Assembly: GCA_036652055.1 (NCBI GenBank)
Contig: JAVVWP010000004.1
Location: 14,100-78,099 of the forward strand
Direction: 5' to 3'
Length of the DNA stretch: 64,000 bases
From: Oscillospiraceae bacterium
Lineage (GTDB): Bacteria > Bacillota > Clostridia > Oscillospirales > Acutalibacteraceae
Shown here: positions 40,187 to 52,062 of the stretch, in pieces
Layout of the letters: each line of letters starts with the position of its first letter
Numbering within the stretch: the first letter of the stretch is position 1
The notes under the pieces: model-generated
The model's input: the letters and a program-made list of their open reading frames with translations, nothing else
Databases searched by the model: none
Told to the model about the DNA's origin: nothing
Position numbers and translations under genes: made by a program

Positions 40187-41194
40187 TTATATTTGAAAAA
40201 ATCCAACCTTTTTCATCACTTTTTTAAGTGTTCGAGCAGCAAAATATGATGCTTTTTCAGCACCCTTAGCCGCACATTCATTAAGATATGCTTTATCATC
40301 TACAAGGCGTTTAAATTCATCTTGGACTGGGCGAAGCTCATCTATAACAGCCTGAGCAACCGCTGATTTAAAATCACCGTATCCCCTGCCCTCAAATTCT
40401 TTTTCAATTTCATCATAACTTTTTTTAGTGCAGCAAGACAAAATTGACATAAGATTATTTACGCCATCTTTACCATCACCATAATAAACTCTTGCCTCTG
40501 AATCAGTAACAGAGCTTTTGATTTTTTTAATAATTGTATTTTCATCATCAAGCATTGAAATAAAGCCTTTAAGGTTTATATCTGACTTGCTCATTTTTTT
40601 TGTTGGATCTTGAAGTGACATAACTTTTGCCCCTGCTTTGCCGATAAATGGCTCAGGGAGTTTAAATGTATTACCGTAAATTCCGTTAAAACGGTCAGCA
40701 ATATCTCTTGCTATTTCAAGATGCTGCTTTTGGTCAACACCTATCGGAACAAAATCGGTTTGATAAAGTAAAATGTCAGCAGCCATAAGCATTGGATAAG
40801 CAAAAAGCCCGACATTTACATTTTCGGGGTGCTTACTGCTTTTGTCTTTAAACTGCGTCATTCGAGCAGCCTCACCAAAGCCTGCATAGCAGTTTAAAAT
40901 CCACGCAAGCTGTGCATGCTCTGGCACTTGACTTTGAATAAATACTGTATTTTTATCAGGATCAAGACCGATTGCGAGAAGTAAAGCATATAATTCAAGC
41001 GTTCTTTGACGAAGAAGTTTTGGCTCTGTTCTAACCGTTATTGAATGAAGGTCAGCTACTGCAAAAAAGCTGTCATAATCGTCCGCCATATTTTTCCAGT
41101 TTTTGAGTGCCCCAAGATAGTTCCCAAGCGTTGGAGTTCCGGTTGGCTGAATTGCACTTAAAACAATTTGTTTCTTTTCATTTTGTGTTTCCAT
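40187..41194 (-). CDS. trpS: tryptophan--tRNA ligase
   Basis: IQPTGTPTLGNYLGA (HIGH-type region), KMSKS present, 335 aa. Confidence 0.92.
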   Translation of the reverse strand: METQNEKKQIVLSAIQPTGTPTLGNYLGALKNWKNMADDYDSFFAVADLHSITVRTEPKLLRQRTLELYALLLAIGLDPDKNTVFIQSQVPEHAQLAWILNCYAGFGEAARMTQFKDKSSKHPENVNVGLFAYPMLMAADILLYQTDFVPIGVDQKQHLEIARDIADRFNGIYGNTFKLPEPFIGKAGAKVMSLQDPTKKMSKSDINLKGFISMLDDENTIIKKIKSSVTDSEARVYYGDGKDGVNNLMSILSCCTKKSYDEIEKEFEGRGYGDFKSAVAQAVIDELRPVQDEFKRLVDDKAYLNECAAKGAEKASYFAARTLKKVMKKVGFFQI

Positions 41195-41226
41195 ATTTTT
41201 AATTCTCCTATATTTTTATACCTTTA

Positions 41227-41255
41227 ATTATCTCAACTTTTACCTCATTTGTCAA
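41227..41255 (-). promoter_or_regulatory. sigma-A-type promoter of trpS
   Basis: The minus strand reads TTGACA (41255-41250), 17-nt spacer, GATAAT (41232-41227), about 30 nt upstream of the start. Confidence 0.55.
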
Positions 41256-41294
41256 TAAAAATAGATGTATTCGCTCTACATCACAAAATAAAAA

Positions 41295-41322
41295 GGTGCG
41301 ACTACATTTTTGTAATCACACC
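41295..41322 (-). terminator. terminator of the 84-aa ORF
   Basis: On the minus-strand RNA this forms a 12-bp stem (two G-U pairs) with a 4-nt loop, followed by CTTTTTTATTTT. Confidence 0.65.
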
Positions 41323-41346
41323 TAACATAATATTTAATGATAAATA

Positions 41347-41601
41347 TCATAACCGAGTCATTTTTTTGCTTTTACGAAGATTTTCTAAAAAAGCATCAGC
41401 AGACACAGCTTTTGCCTTTAAGGTTTCAATTTCAGGGGTTGATGCCTTTAATTTTAGCGTCATTTCAATAGCAAACTTATATTGTTTAACAAGCTCATCA
41501 TTGATTAGCGTATCCATCGTCAACGCCTTTACTGGTTTATTAGAAAAGCCATTGGTGAATTTAATGCACTCATTAACAAAATCAAAATCTTTTAAGTTCA
41601 T
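41347..41601 (-). CDS. hypothetical small protein (84 aa from ATG 41601)
   Basis: Own promoter, own terminator, and a GAAGGGG SD 8 nt before the ATG at 41601 (track start 41610). Mostly helical by composition. No motif recognised. Confidence 0.45.
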   Translation of the reverse strand: MNLKDFDFVNECIKFTNGFSNKPVKALTMDTLINDELVKQYKFAIEMTLKLKASTPEIETLKAKAVSADAFLENLRKSKKMTRL

Positions 41602-41664
41602 TATCTGCATCCCCTTCAGTTAAAATTTGTATAGCGTGAATTTTCCGAACATCTCACTATATAT

Positions 41665-41693
41665 AATTTAACATAAAGAAAAAATTCTGTCAA
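41665..41693 (-). promoter_or_regulatory. sigma-A-type promoter (extended -10) of the 84-aa ORF
   Basis: The minus strand reads TTGACA (41693-41688), 17-nt spacer ending in TGT, then TAAATT (41670-41665). Confidence 0.55.
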
Positions 41694-41714
41694 GGCATTT
41701 TGCAAACTTTTTGC

Positions 41715-43415
41715 CTATTCAACAGTAACTTTTATGCCTTTTATTCTCGCATTGTTTAACTTTTTGACAATTAAATCTCTATATTTTTTTGGAACATCGA
41801 CATTGGTATAAGAATTACTTATTGCAATGTTTCCAATTTCTCTGCCCGGAACTCCACTTTCGCCTGCAACAGCACCTAAAATATGGCTTGCAGAAATCTT
41901 ATCATCTTTACCAACTGAAATTCTAATCATTGCTACATCAGCATTTTCTTGGCTGTTTTTAGGATTAGATTTGTATTCACGCTTGCCTTCAGGTTTCTTT
42001 CTAAATCCTCTGTCGCCACCTCTATTGTCATATCCGCCACTTCTTCTTTCAGGGCGTCTATCGTCCCTATCAAAAGATGGTTTAAATGAAACAGCAGGTA
42101 TGTCATAGTTAGCTTTTGGTTGCTCTTTTTTAACTGCCATAGCATAAAGTGCTGCAGCTACATCTTCAAGAGAATGTTCATCGTCAATAAGTTCACTAAG
42201 CATTGTTCCGTATTTGGTGCTATCGTGCTTACCCATATAAGCTAAAATATTTGCATTGACCTTTTCAGATGAGAGAATTCCTATTTGCTCTGCTGTCGGA
42301 AGAACTCCTCTTTCAATGTCAATTTTGATATATCTCATTATATCTTTTAACTGTCTGAACTGACCTGAGCCTTGAATTAAAGTGAAAGATTTTCCATCTT
42401 TACCAGCTCTGCCTGTTCTGCCAATTCTATGAACATAATATTCATTATCTTGAGGTAAATCATAGTTGAATACGATTTCAAGGTCGTTTACATCAATTCC
42501 TCTTGCTGCGACATCTGTTGCAATAAGAAGTTTGAATTTGCCCTCTTTAAACCTGTTCATTACATTTGTACGAGCAGATTGTTTCATATCGCCATGAAGC
42601 CCTTGTGCTAAAAATCCTTTATGGTCAAGCTCTGCAACAAGCTCATCAACCATTTTTTTGGTATTACAGAAAATTATTGAACGCTCTGGTCGATAATAAG
42701 CAAGCAATGCACAAAGAGCATCAGTTTTTCTGCCCCTTGGAATATCAAAATATTTTTGCTCGATTGTTGAAACTGTAAGCTGTTTGTTTTGGATTTTGAT
42801 AATTTTAGGATCTTTTTGAAAACGCTTTGTGATTTGCAAAATTGGAGGTGGCATTGTTGCTGAGAACAAAATCGTCTGCCTATCAGCTGGTGTCTTTTCA
42901 AGGATTGTTTCGATGTCTTCAACAAAGCCCATATTGAGCATTTCATCAGCTTCATCAAGGATTACCATTCTGACATCATCAAATTTAAGCGTTTTTCTTC
43001 GCATATGGTCCATTATTCTGCCTGGAGTACCAACGACAATTTGACAGCCTCTGCGAAGTTTTAAAATTTGCCTATCAATTTGTTCGCCACCGAAAACAGG
43101 AACAATGTTAATTTTTTTATATTTAGCATAATGCTTTATATCCTCAGAAGCTTGAACTGCAAGCTCACGAGTTGGACAAAGAATTAAAACCTGTGTTTGC
43201 CTTGGACTGATTAGCATATCAATGCTCTCAACAGCCGGAATTCCGAATGCTGCAGTTTTTCCTGAACCCGTCTGGCTGTGACCGATTACATCATATCCAT
43301 CTAAAATTAGCGGTATCGTTTCTGTTTGAATTGAAGTTGGCTCTGTAAAGCCTAAATCTTCAATTGCTTTTTTCACTTCATCCGAAATGTTGAATTCTAA
43401 AAAATTTTTTTCCAT
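41715..43415 (-). CDS. DEAD-box ATP-dependent RNA helicase with C-terminal DbpA-type RNA-binding domain
   Basis: GHSQTGSGKTAAF, ILDEADEM, FSAT, HRIGRTGRAG. It also has an RG-rich linker and a C-terminal ~75-aa RBD-like domain. 566 aa. Confidence 0.92.
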   Translation of the reverse strand: MEKNFLEFNISDEVKKAIEDLGFTEPTSIQTETIPLILDGYDVIGHSQTGSGKTAAFGIPAVESIDMLISPRQTQVLILCPTRELAVQASEDIKHYAKYKKINIVPVFGGEQIDRQILKLRRGCQIVVGTPGRIMDHMRRKTLKFDDVRMVILDEADEMLNMGFVEDIETILEKTPADRQTILFSATMPPPILQITKRFQKDPKIIKIQNKQLTVSTIEQKYFDIPRGRKTDALCALLAYYRPERSIIFCNTKKMVDELVAELDHKGFLAQGLHGDMKQSARTNVMNRFKEGKFKLLIATDVAARGIDVNDLEIVFNYDLPQDNEYYVHRIGRTGRAGKDGKSFTLIQGSGQFRQLKDIMRYIKIDIERGVLPTAEQIGILSSEKVNANILAYMGKHDSTKYGTMLSELIDDEHSLEDVAAALYAMAVKKEQPKANYDIPAVSFKPSFDRDDRRPERRSGGYDNRGGDRGFRKKPEGKREYKSNPKNSQENADVAMIRISVGKDDKISASHILGAVAGESGVPGREIGNIAISNSYTNVDVPKKYRDLIVKKLNNARIKGIKVTVE

Positions 43416-43456
43416 TTACTACTCTTTTCTTTTTTACATAATTACATATGTTATAT

Positions 43457-43485
43457 ATTATACATTATTTTTAGAAGTATGTAAA
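43457..43485 (-). promoter_or_regulatory. sigma-A-type promoter of the DEAD-box helicase gene
   Basis: The minus strand reads TTTACA (43485-43480), 17-nt spacer, TATAAT (43462-43457). Confidence 0.55.
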
Positions 43486-43586
43486 TTAACATAATAACAA
43501 GATATATCGAAGTAATTTACATTTTTTATATCTAAATGCGTTAATTTACCCGCACTCATTTGGTTGACAAGCATAATATGTAATGT

Positions 43587-43662
43587 GCAAGATAAGCGAG
43601 TAGCTCTGTTCGGTGGCGATTTTTTTCGCCCATAGGGGAGCCAAACAGACTGTGGCACTTGC
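43587..43662. other. GC-rich nested three-stem structure, function unknown
   Basis: The outer stem is GCAAG/CTTGC (43587-91 / 43658-62). The middle stem is CTGTTCGG/CCAAACAG (43605-12 / 43641-48). The inner stem is GGCGA-tttttt-TCGCC (43615-30). No plausible ORF. Confidence 0.4.
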
Positions 43663-43674
43663 ATAATATAAAAA

Positions 43675-43711
43675 GCCAACGAGGACTTTATTCGGTGAAA
43701 TTCTCGTTGGC
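43675..43711 (-). terminator. orphan rho-independent terminator-like hairpin
   Basis: GCCAACGAG-N19-CTCGTTGGC. On the minus strand it is followed by TTTTTA. No CDS ends at it. Confidence 0.5.
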
Positions 43712-43738
43712 TTATAAAAACTTGCTCTGCAAAAAGAT

Positions 43739-43766
43739 TTTATAAAAATAAAAGCGAAAATGTCAA
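43739..43766 (-). promoter_or_regulatory. candidate promoter ~30 nt upstream of the orphan terminator hairpin (possible ~70-nt sRNA)
   Basis: The minus strand reads TTGACA (43766-43761), 16-nt spacer, TATAAA (43744-43739). Confidence 0.3.
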
Positions 43767-43845
43767 CAATAAATGCTGTTTTTGTTGAAAAAATAATTGT
43801 TTTATGATAGCATATAGTTATTATAAAATTTAAGGGGGCATATAA

Positions 43846-46875
<3,030 letters not shown>

Positions 46876-46878
46876 TGA

Positions 46879-47319
46879 ATGCTTAAAAATATTTGGTATA
46901 ATGAGGGCGAAGATTTTTCGCCCTCAAAAGATGTAAGGACTAAAGTTTTTGTAATTGAACAAGGCTATCCTCTTGAGCTTGAGTTTGATGATTTAGATGA
47001 AATCTGCCCTCATATTGTCGTTTTCGATGAATTGCTCCCAATAGCAACAGGGCGGATTGTCAAGGTCGATGAAACCACTGCAAAGCTTGGCAGAATTGCA
47101 GTTTTAAAGGAATACAGAGGGCAACATATCGGTGAAAGAGTAGTTACTGCTCTTATTGAAAAAGCAACCAATATGGGGTTTAGCACCCTTAAAATCAGCG
47201 CTCAAACTTATGCAACTGCGTTTTATGAAAAGTTTGGGTTTGAAAAATATGGAAGTGAATATTTAGATGTTCACCTGTTGCATATCGATATGATTAGACT
47301 TAAAAAAACTAATGCTTGA
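46879..47319 (+). CDS. GNAT-family N-acetyltransferase
   Basis: 146 aa; acetyl-CoA motif YRGQHIGERVVTALIEKA. It starts 3 nt after the lacZ stop. Confidence 0.75.
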   Translation: MLKNIWYNEGEDFSPSKDVRTKVFVIEQGYPLELEFDDLDEICPHIVVFDELLPIATGRIVKVDETTAKLGRIAVLKEYRGQHIGERVVTALIEKATNMGFSTLKISAQTYATAFYEKFGFEKYGSEYLDVHLLHIDMIRLKKTNA

Positions 47320-47386
47320 ATTTTTTCTTTTTTTATTATATAATACTTTTTAAAGGCACTTAAATAAGTTTTTAAGGAGAAATAAA

Positions 47387-49522
47387 ATGAGTTATTGGGT
47401 TTTAAACGGTAACAATTATATTGCAAGCATTGAAATGAAAAACGAAAGCGTAGTTCTTTCAAATGGTCTTATTAAAAGAGAGGTTATGCTTAAAAATTCA
47501 GCTACTAAATCATTTTTTAGTATCGAAAAAGATGTTGAATTAATCAGTGAACCACTTTGCGATACGCACATTTTTATTAATCGCAAGAAAATAAGCCTTG
47601 ATGATGGGTTTACATTTATAAGTGCAGAGCCATCAAAACAGCTTAAGCTTGTTGAATTTAAAGAAACTCCTTCTATGACCGAAAAGCACGAATATCCACC
47701 AAAAGGTAAATCAATTGATTTGACCTATAAAAATGATGATTTAAAGCTTAAAATCATCGTTCATTTTGAGATTTATGATTTTATCCCCACTATTATGAAA
47801 ACGGTTTTCGTTGAGAATTATAGCACCGAGGAAATAACAATTGACAATATAGTAACTGATGCAATGAGCATAAAAGATAACAGGGATTTATTGTTTGTTG
47901 ACAGCAATTTCAATGCTGCAATGGAATTTTTAGGGCTTGAATTTGAACAGTATGCTAAGCTTTATGCGAGGTATCAATATGATATTTTAGAGGTTGCACC
48001 ACTTTATCGAATGAATGTAAAGCTTAAAAAAGGCGAAGTTCTTCAATCAATTGTTGCTTATGAAATGTGCTTTAGTGCGGAGTACTATGAGCAAAAGCTT
48101 ATTGAAATAAAAACTATGTATAGATTTATTGCACCTTGGTGCCTTGATAATGTTCTGTTTTTTCATCTTATTTCAAATAGAACTAAAGATATTGAAAAAG
48201 CTGTTGATGAGTGCTGCGAAGTCGGTGCTGAAATGATAATTCAATCATTCGGTTCGGGCGTTAGAATGGAAAGTAGCAGCGAAAGGTATCTTAGCAGAAT
48301 TAAAAAAGCTTATGACTATGGGCATAAAAAAGGCATAAAAATGGGTGCATATACTCTCGCTTATGTTAAGAATTATCGCCCTGTTAGAGGTGACGAGGCT
48401 CTTAACCACGATGCAAGCCATATTTGCAGATGCCTTGCTGATGAATGGTCGCAAAAATATACAAAAAGCATTCTTAACTTCATTGACAAAACAGGTGCTG
48501 ATGCTATTGAAATTGATGGGCCTTATGGTATGATGCTTTGTTCTGGCGGAAAAACGCATTTGCACGAGGACTTTACCGATTCACAATATCGCCAATGGAA
48601 AATGTCAGTAATTGACTGGTATATCGAGCTTAAAAAGCGTGGTATTTATATTAATGCCCCTGATTGGCATTTTTTAAATGGCACAAACAGAACAGGTATT
48701 GGCTATGAAGAAATTGCTTTTTCGGAAAAGAGAAGCGAACAATTAATCACTTCGAGAATTTATTATTATAAAGGTACTTTTACAAAAAGTCCATCACAAG
48801 GTTGGGGATTTTTACCTCTTAATGTTTATCACGGTGGTGGAAAAGATGCAATTTTCTGCCCAACTGACAAAAATAATTTTGAATATGATTGGGCGCTTGC
48901 TCAAATTACTGCAAGTGGAGTTTGGCCAACTATTAGAGGAAAAAGGATTTATGACACGCAAGAAGGCAAAGAAACATTAACTAAATGGATTAGCATATTT
49001 AAAAAATATAGAAATGTTTTAAATGGAATTACAGTTCATTTTATGCCACCTCAAATTGATAAATACAACCCTGAGCGAACAACCTCTATTGATGCAATAT
49101 TAAATCAGCTTCCATATGGCGAAAATCGTGGATTTTTAATGTTCTTCAATCAAACCGATAAGGCTATAAAGCAGAAAGTCAATGTGCCTGTTTTTTACAC
49201 AGGACTTACAAATTTAAAAACGCCCCCTGCCCCATTTGCAAACACAAAAAATTCTGATATTGAATATCCGCTTTATGGTGACAGTCCATTTCCACTTATG
49301 ATTAAAGGGCGTGATGGCAAAGAGCGGAATTTCATAACCGATAAAAAGGTTTTTGACAAAGAAATCCCTGCTATGCCCACACCAAAAAATACTGATAAAA
49401 CTATCACTGTTTCTCAAAATGATCAAAGCCCTAAAGTCTATAATATTGATACAAACGGTAACATTCAAATGGAACTTCAAATACCACCAATGACATATCA
49501 ATGGTTTATAATGAAAGAATAA
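47387..49522 (+). CDS. hypothetical 711-aa cytoplasmic protein, probably a beta-sandwich + (beta/alpha)8 glycosidase-like fold; family not assignable by eye
   Basis: AAGGAGA SD, no signal peptide. Segments GAEMIIQSFGSG .. GHKKGIKMGAYTL .. GADAIEIDGPYG occur in the order and spacing seen in clan-D-like (GH27/31/36) barrels. This is an impression only. Confidence 0.55.
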   Translation: MSYWVLNGNNYIASIEMKNESVVLSNGLIKREVMLKNSATKSFFSIEKDVELISEPLCDTHIFINRKKISLDDGFTFISAEPSKQLKLVEFKETPSMTEKHEYPPKGKSIDLTYKNDDLKLKIIVHFEIYDFIPTIMKTVFVENYSTEEITIDNIVTDAMSIKDNRDLLFVDSNFNAAMEFLGLEFEQYAKLYARYQYDILEVAPLYRMNVKLKKGEVLQSIVAYEMCFSAEYYEQKLIEIKTMYRFIAPWCLDNVLFFHLISNRTKDIEKAVDECCEVGAEMIIQSFGSGVRMESSSERYLSRIKKAYDYGHKKGIKMGAYTLAYVKNYRPVRGDEALNHDASHICRCLADEWSQKYTKSILNFIDKTGADAIEIDGPYGMMLCSGGKTHLHEDFTDSQYRQWKMSVIDWYIELKKRGIYINAPDWHFLNGTNRTGIGYEEIAFSEKRSEQLITSRIYYYKGTFTKSPSQGWGFLPLNVYHGGGKDAIFCPTDKNNFEYDWALAQITASGVWPTIRGKRIYDTQEGKETLTKWISIFKKYRNVLNGITVHFMPPQIDKYNPERTTSIDAILNQLPYGENRGFLMFFNQTDKAIKQKVNVPVFYTGLTNLKTPPAPFANTKNSDIEYPLYGDSPFPLMIKGRDGKERNFITDKKVFDKEIPAMPTPKNTDKTITVSQNDQSPKVYNIDTNGNIQMELQIPPMTYQWFIMKE

Positions 49523-49547
49523 TTAATCTTTAAAGGAAGCAATCTAT

Positions 49548-49916
49548 ATGGATTTAAAAGAAAGAGCGAAAAATTTAAAAAAAGATATTCCAGCAGTATT
49601 TCTTGCACTTAAACATAAAAAAACTCCGTGGTATGCAAAAATAATTGCCGCATTAACTGTTGGCTACGCTCTTTCTCCTATTGATTTTATTCCTGATTTT
49701 ATTCCTGTTCTTGGCTATTTAGATGATATTATTATTCTTCCACTATTAGTATTATTAGTTATTAAACTCATTCCAGATGATGTGTTTGCTCAGTGTAGAA
49801 AAGACGCTGAAAATTTATGGGAAGATGGAAAGCCTAAAAAATGGTATTATGCTATTCCTATTGTGCTTTTTTGGATAATAATTGTTTTTCTTATTGCCAA
49901 AGCCTTTATAAAATAA
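49548..49916 (+). CDS. YkvA/DUF1232-family membrane protein
   Basis: YALSPIDFIPDFIPVLGYLDDIIILPL is the characteristic DUF1232 core. 122 aa. Confidence 0.7.
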   Translation: MDLKERAKNLKKDIPAVFLALKHKKTPWYAKIIAALTVGYALSPIDFIPDFIPVLGYLDDIIILPLLVLLVIKLIPDDVFAQCRKDAENLWEDGKPKKWYYAIPIVLFWIIIVFLIAKAFIK

Positions 49917-50041
49917 GTAAAATTTAAAATTATAATCATATTCTCAAATAATATAAAACTTTTACACTTTTTTGAATAATAGAAATTGTTATTGATAAAC
50001 TAATAAGGCAAATTATTCTAAATAAGTGAGGAGTTAGATAT

Positions 50042-50581
50042 ATGAAAGCCACAGGAATTGTGAGAAGAATTGATGACCTTGGCAGAGTTGTTATTCCAAA
50101 GGAAATTAGGCGTACAATGCGTATTCGAGAGGGCGACCCACTTGAAATTTTTACTGCCGCTGACGGTGAGGTCATTTTTAAAAAATATTCGCCAATTGGT
50201 GAACTTTCAGAATTCGCAAGTCAATATTCTGAAGTTTTATACCGTGCAACGGATTTAGTCGTTTTAATTACTGACCGTGACAGAGTTATTTCTATTTCAG
50301 GAATGCCAAAAAAAGATTTAATAGAAAGACGAGTTGCAACCGACCTTGAAGGTATTATGGACAATCGTGTGAATTATATTGCTTCACCTGATATAAAATC
50401 AGTTTACCCTGTTCAAGGCTTTGAAAAAGAGGCTGCTGTTGCATTTCCAATAATCGGAAGTGGCGATGTTTCGGGAGCTGTTATTCTTTTACTGCGTGAA
50501 GATGGCTCGATGCCCTCCCCTACTGAAATCAAGCTTGCACAGGTTGCGGCGTCATTTTTAGGCAAACAAATGGAAGAATGA
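50042..50581 (+). CDS. spoVT: stage V sporulation protein T (AbrB-family regulator)
   Basis: MKATGIVRRIDDLGRVVIPKEIRRTMRIREGDPLEIF swapped-hairpin N-domain plus a GAF-like C-domain. 179 aa. Confidence 0.9.
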   Translation: MKATGIVRRIDDLGRVVIPKEIRRTMRIREGDPLEIFTAADGEVIFKKYSPIGELSEFASQYSEVLYRATDLVVLITDRDRVISISGMPKKDLIERRVATDLEGIMDNRVNYIASPDIKSVYPVQGFEKEAAVAFPIIGSGDVSGAVILLLREDGSMPSPTEIKLAQVAASFLGKQMEE

Positions 50582-50610
50582 CTTTTAATCAGTATGACAA
50601 ATAAATTAAA

Positions 50611-50660
50611 CTGCCACTTTATAAGCCTTATGTATTAGGCTCAAAAGTGACAGTTTTTTA
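50611..50660. terminator. terminator between spoVT and the BNR gene
   Basis: CTGCCACTTT..AAAGTGACAG outer stem, AGCCT..AGGCT inner stem, then TTTTTTATT. Confidence 0.7.
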
Positions 50661-50679
50661 TTATTTATATTTTAACTTA

Positions 50680-52062
50680 TTAAGACAAATTTGCGAGTGT
50701 ATCAATGTCTTTTAAGTTAATTCGCTTTGATGTTATGTATGTTTTTAATACAGTTTCGCCTTTTTCATTGACATATTTTTCGTTTGGAGAAAACTTACCG
50801 TATGTGCTGATTACAAAGGTACCATCAGGTAAAACCGTATTGCCACAATAGCCTGTATCACCATTAGCATTGATTTCTGGCTCTGTTTGACCATCTAAAT
50901 ATGTATGTGCAAACTTTATTCTGTATTGACCATCAGCACCATTTTTGAGGTCATCATAAGTTCCTACCCACATAGCCGGACCTTCACTATAAAAAGTTCC
51001 GCCATTAACATATTTATCACGCCCTTCTTTATCTCTTTCGATTGAGCGAAAAGCGATAAGAAGTCTACCATCAGTTGTGTATTCAGCCTTAAATCTTTCA
51101 CCATTTAATGATGATGGAAGCTCTTTCGGTCTTGACCAAGTTTTGCCTTCATCTTTTGAAAAAGAAATTAAAGAATTGCAAAGTTTTGTTTGACTTCTTG
51201 TTATAAGACAAAGCTCATCGCCAAGCCCTTTATCAGAACGAATAACCTCAACTTCGCACATTCTTGAACCTTTTTCCATTCTAAGCCATCTTGAAAAATA
51301 TTTTTCAGGTTTACTCCAATTAGCTTTTCCGTTATCATCAAATGTTAAAATTGATTTATAGTTATTGAAATATCTGTCGTGGAAAAATCCCATCCACTCA
51401 TCAACAAACTCGCCATTTTCTTTAAGCCTTGTAAGCGACGCCATTGCAACTATTGGATAAGTGCCGCCTTCTGTAAGTGGATAGAAAAGTTCAAATTCTG
51501 ACCAAGTGTTTCCCTCGTCATTAGATACTGAACAGTTAAATCCGCCCGAGCTTTCTTCTTTTCCCCAAAGTGGACAAGCAGAAATCATTATAAGCTTATC
51601 AGAAACTCCCTCTTTTTTAAATTCTAACCTATAAACAGTAGGGGTTTCTAATGATTTTTCCCATGATTTTGGAGTGTTTTCGATTTTTTGGTCATATGTA
51701 AGCCCACCGTCGGTACTAATTTTATTAAGAACTGCACCTTTACCATGACCAGCAGGATACATTTGAAGGATATTACCGTTCTTTAGTAAAACAGAATCGG
51801 GATGTGCCATATAACCATCACGAATATCAACCGTTTGCAGGTCAAAAAGATATTTTAAATCCTGTGGAATATCGGGTGTTGGCACGCTTAAATCAATTCG
51901 CTTGATTGAAGATTTTTCAAATGGACTTTGAACCAATATAACACCAGTTTCAAAAAGTGTAAATACAGTAATTCCTGCAATTATAACTATTGCGGCTACT
52001 GCGATAAGTAAATATTTCAATATCTTCTTTTTCACTCCTGCAGTTATGATTATTTTTTTCAT
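50680..52062 (-). CDS. membrane-anchored BNR/Asp-box beta-propeller protein (sialidase-like fold)
   Basis: N-terminal TM (YLLIAVAAIVIIAGITVFTLF). Three Asp-boxes: STDGGLTY, SNDEGNTW, SKDEGKTW. I could not find a clear sialidase RIP motif. Confidence 0.7.
   Translation of the reverse strand: MKKIIITAGVKKKILKYLLIAVAAIVIIAGITVFTLFETGVILVQSPFEKSSIKRIDLSVPTPDIPQDLKYLFDLQTVDIRDGYMAHPDSVLLKNGNILQMYPAGHGKGAVLNKISTDGGLTYDQKIENTPKSWEKSLETPTVYRLEFKKEGVSDKLIMISACPLWGKEESSGGFNCSVSNDEGNTWSEFELFYPLTEGGTYPIVAMASLTRLKENGEFVDEWMGFFHDRYFNNYKSILTFDDNGKANWSKPEKYFSRWLRMEKGSRMCEVEVIRSDKGLGDELCLITRSQTKLCNSLISFSKDEGKTWSRPKELPSSLNGERFKAEYTTDGRLLIAFRSIERDKEGRDKYVNGGTFYSEGPAMWVGTYDDLKNGADGQYRIKFAHTYLDGQTEPEINANGDTGYCGNTVLPDGTFVISTYGKFSPNEKYVNEKGETVLKTYITSKRINLKDIDTLANLS

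Noticed and set aside
41195-41346. Expected T-box leader upstream of trpS
   Set aside because: Only ~150 nt are available, and they are occupied by the upstream terminator and a TTGACA-17-GATAAT promoter. No T-box sequence (..GGGTGGNACCGCG..) or specifier-loop architecture is present. trpS appears to be simply promoter-driven here.
43587-43662. Possible yybP-ykoY (Mn2+) riboswitch because of the string AGCGAGTAGC
   Set aside because: Only that one short string resembles the conserved GGGGAGUAGC. The second conserved half (UUGACAUA-type) and the four-way architecture are missing. No transporter gene follows.
43458-43679. 73-aa minus-strand ORF upstream of the DEAD-box helicase
   Set aside because: It spans the helicase promoter and the structured GC-rich element. 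It has no SD and an odd composition (MAFYIMQVPQSVWLPYGRKKSPPNRATRLS..).
49917-50041. Forespore sigma (sigma-G/F-like) promoter upstream of spoVT (GAATA..N18..AAACTAA)
   Set aside because: The match to my recollection of the consensus (GhATr-N17/18-CATnnTA) is too loose to report as a feature.
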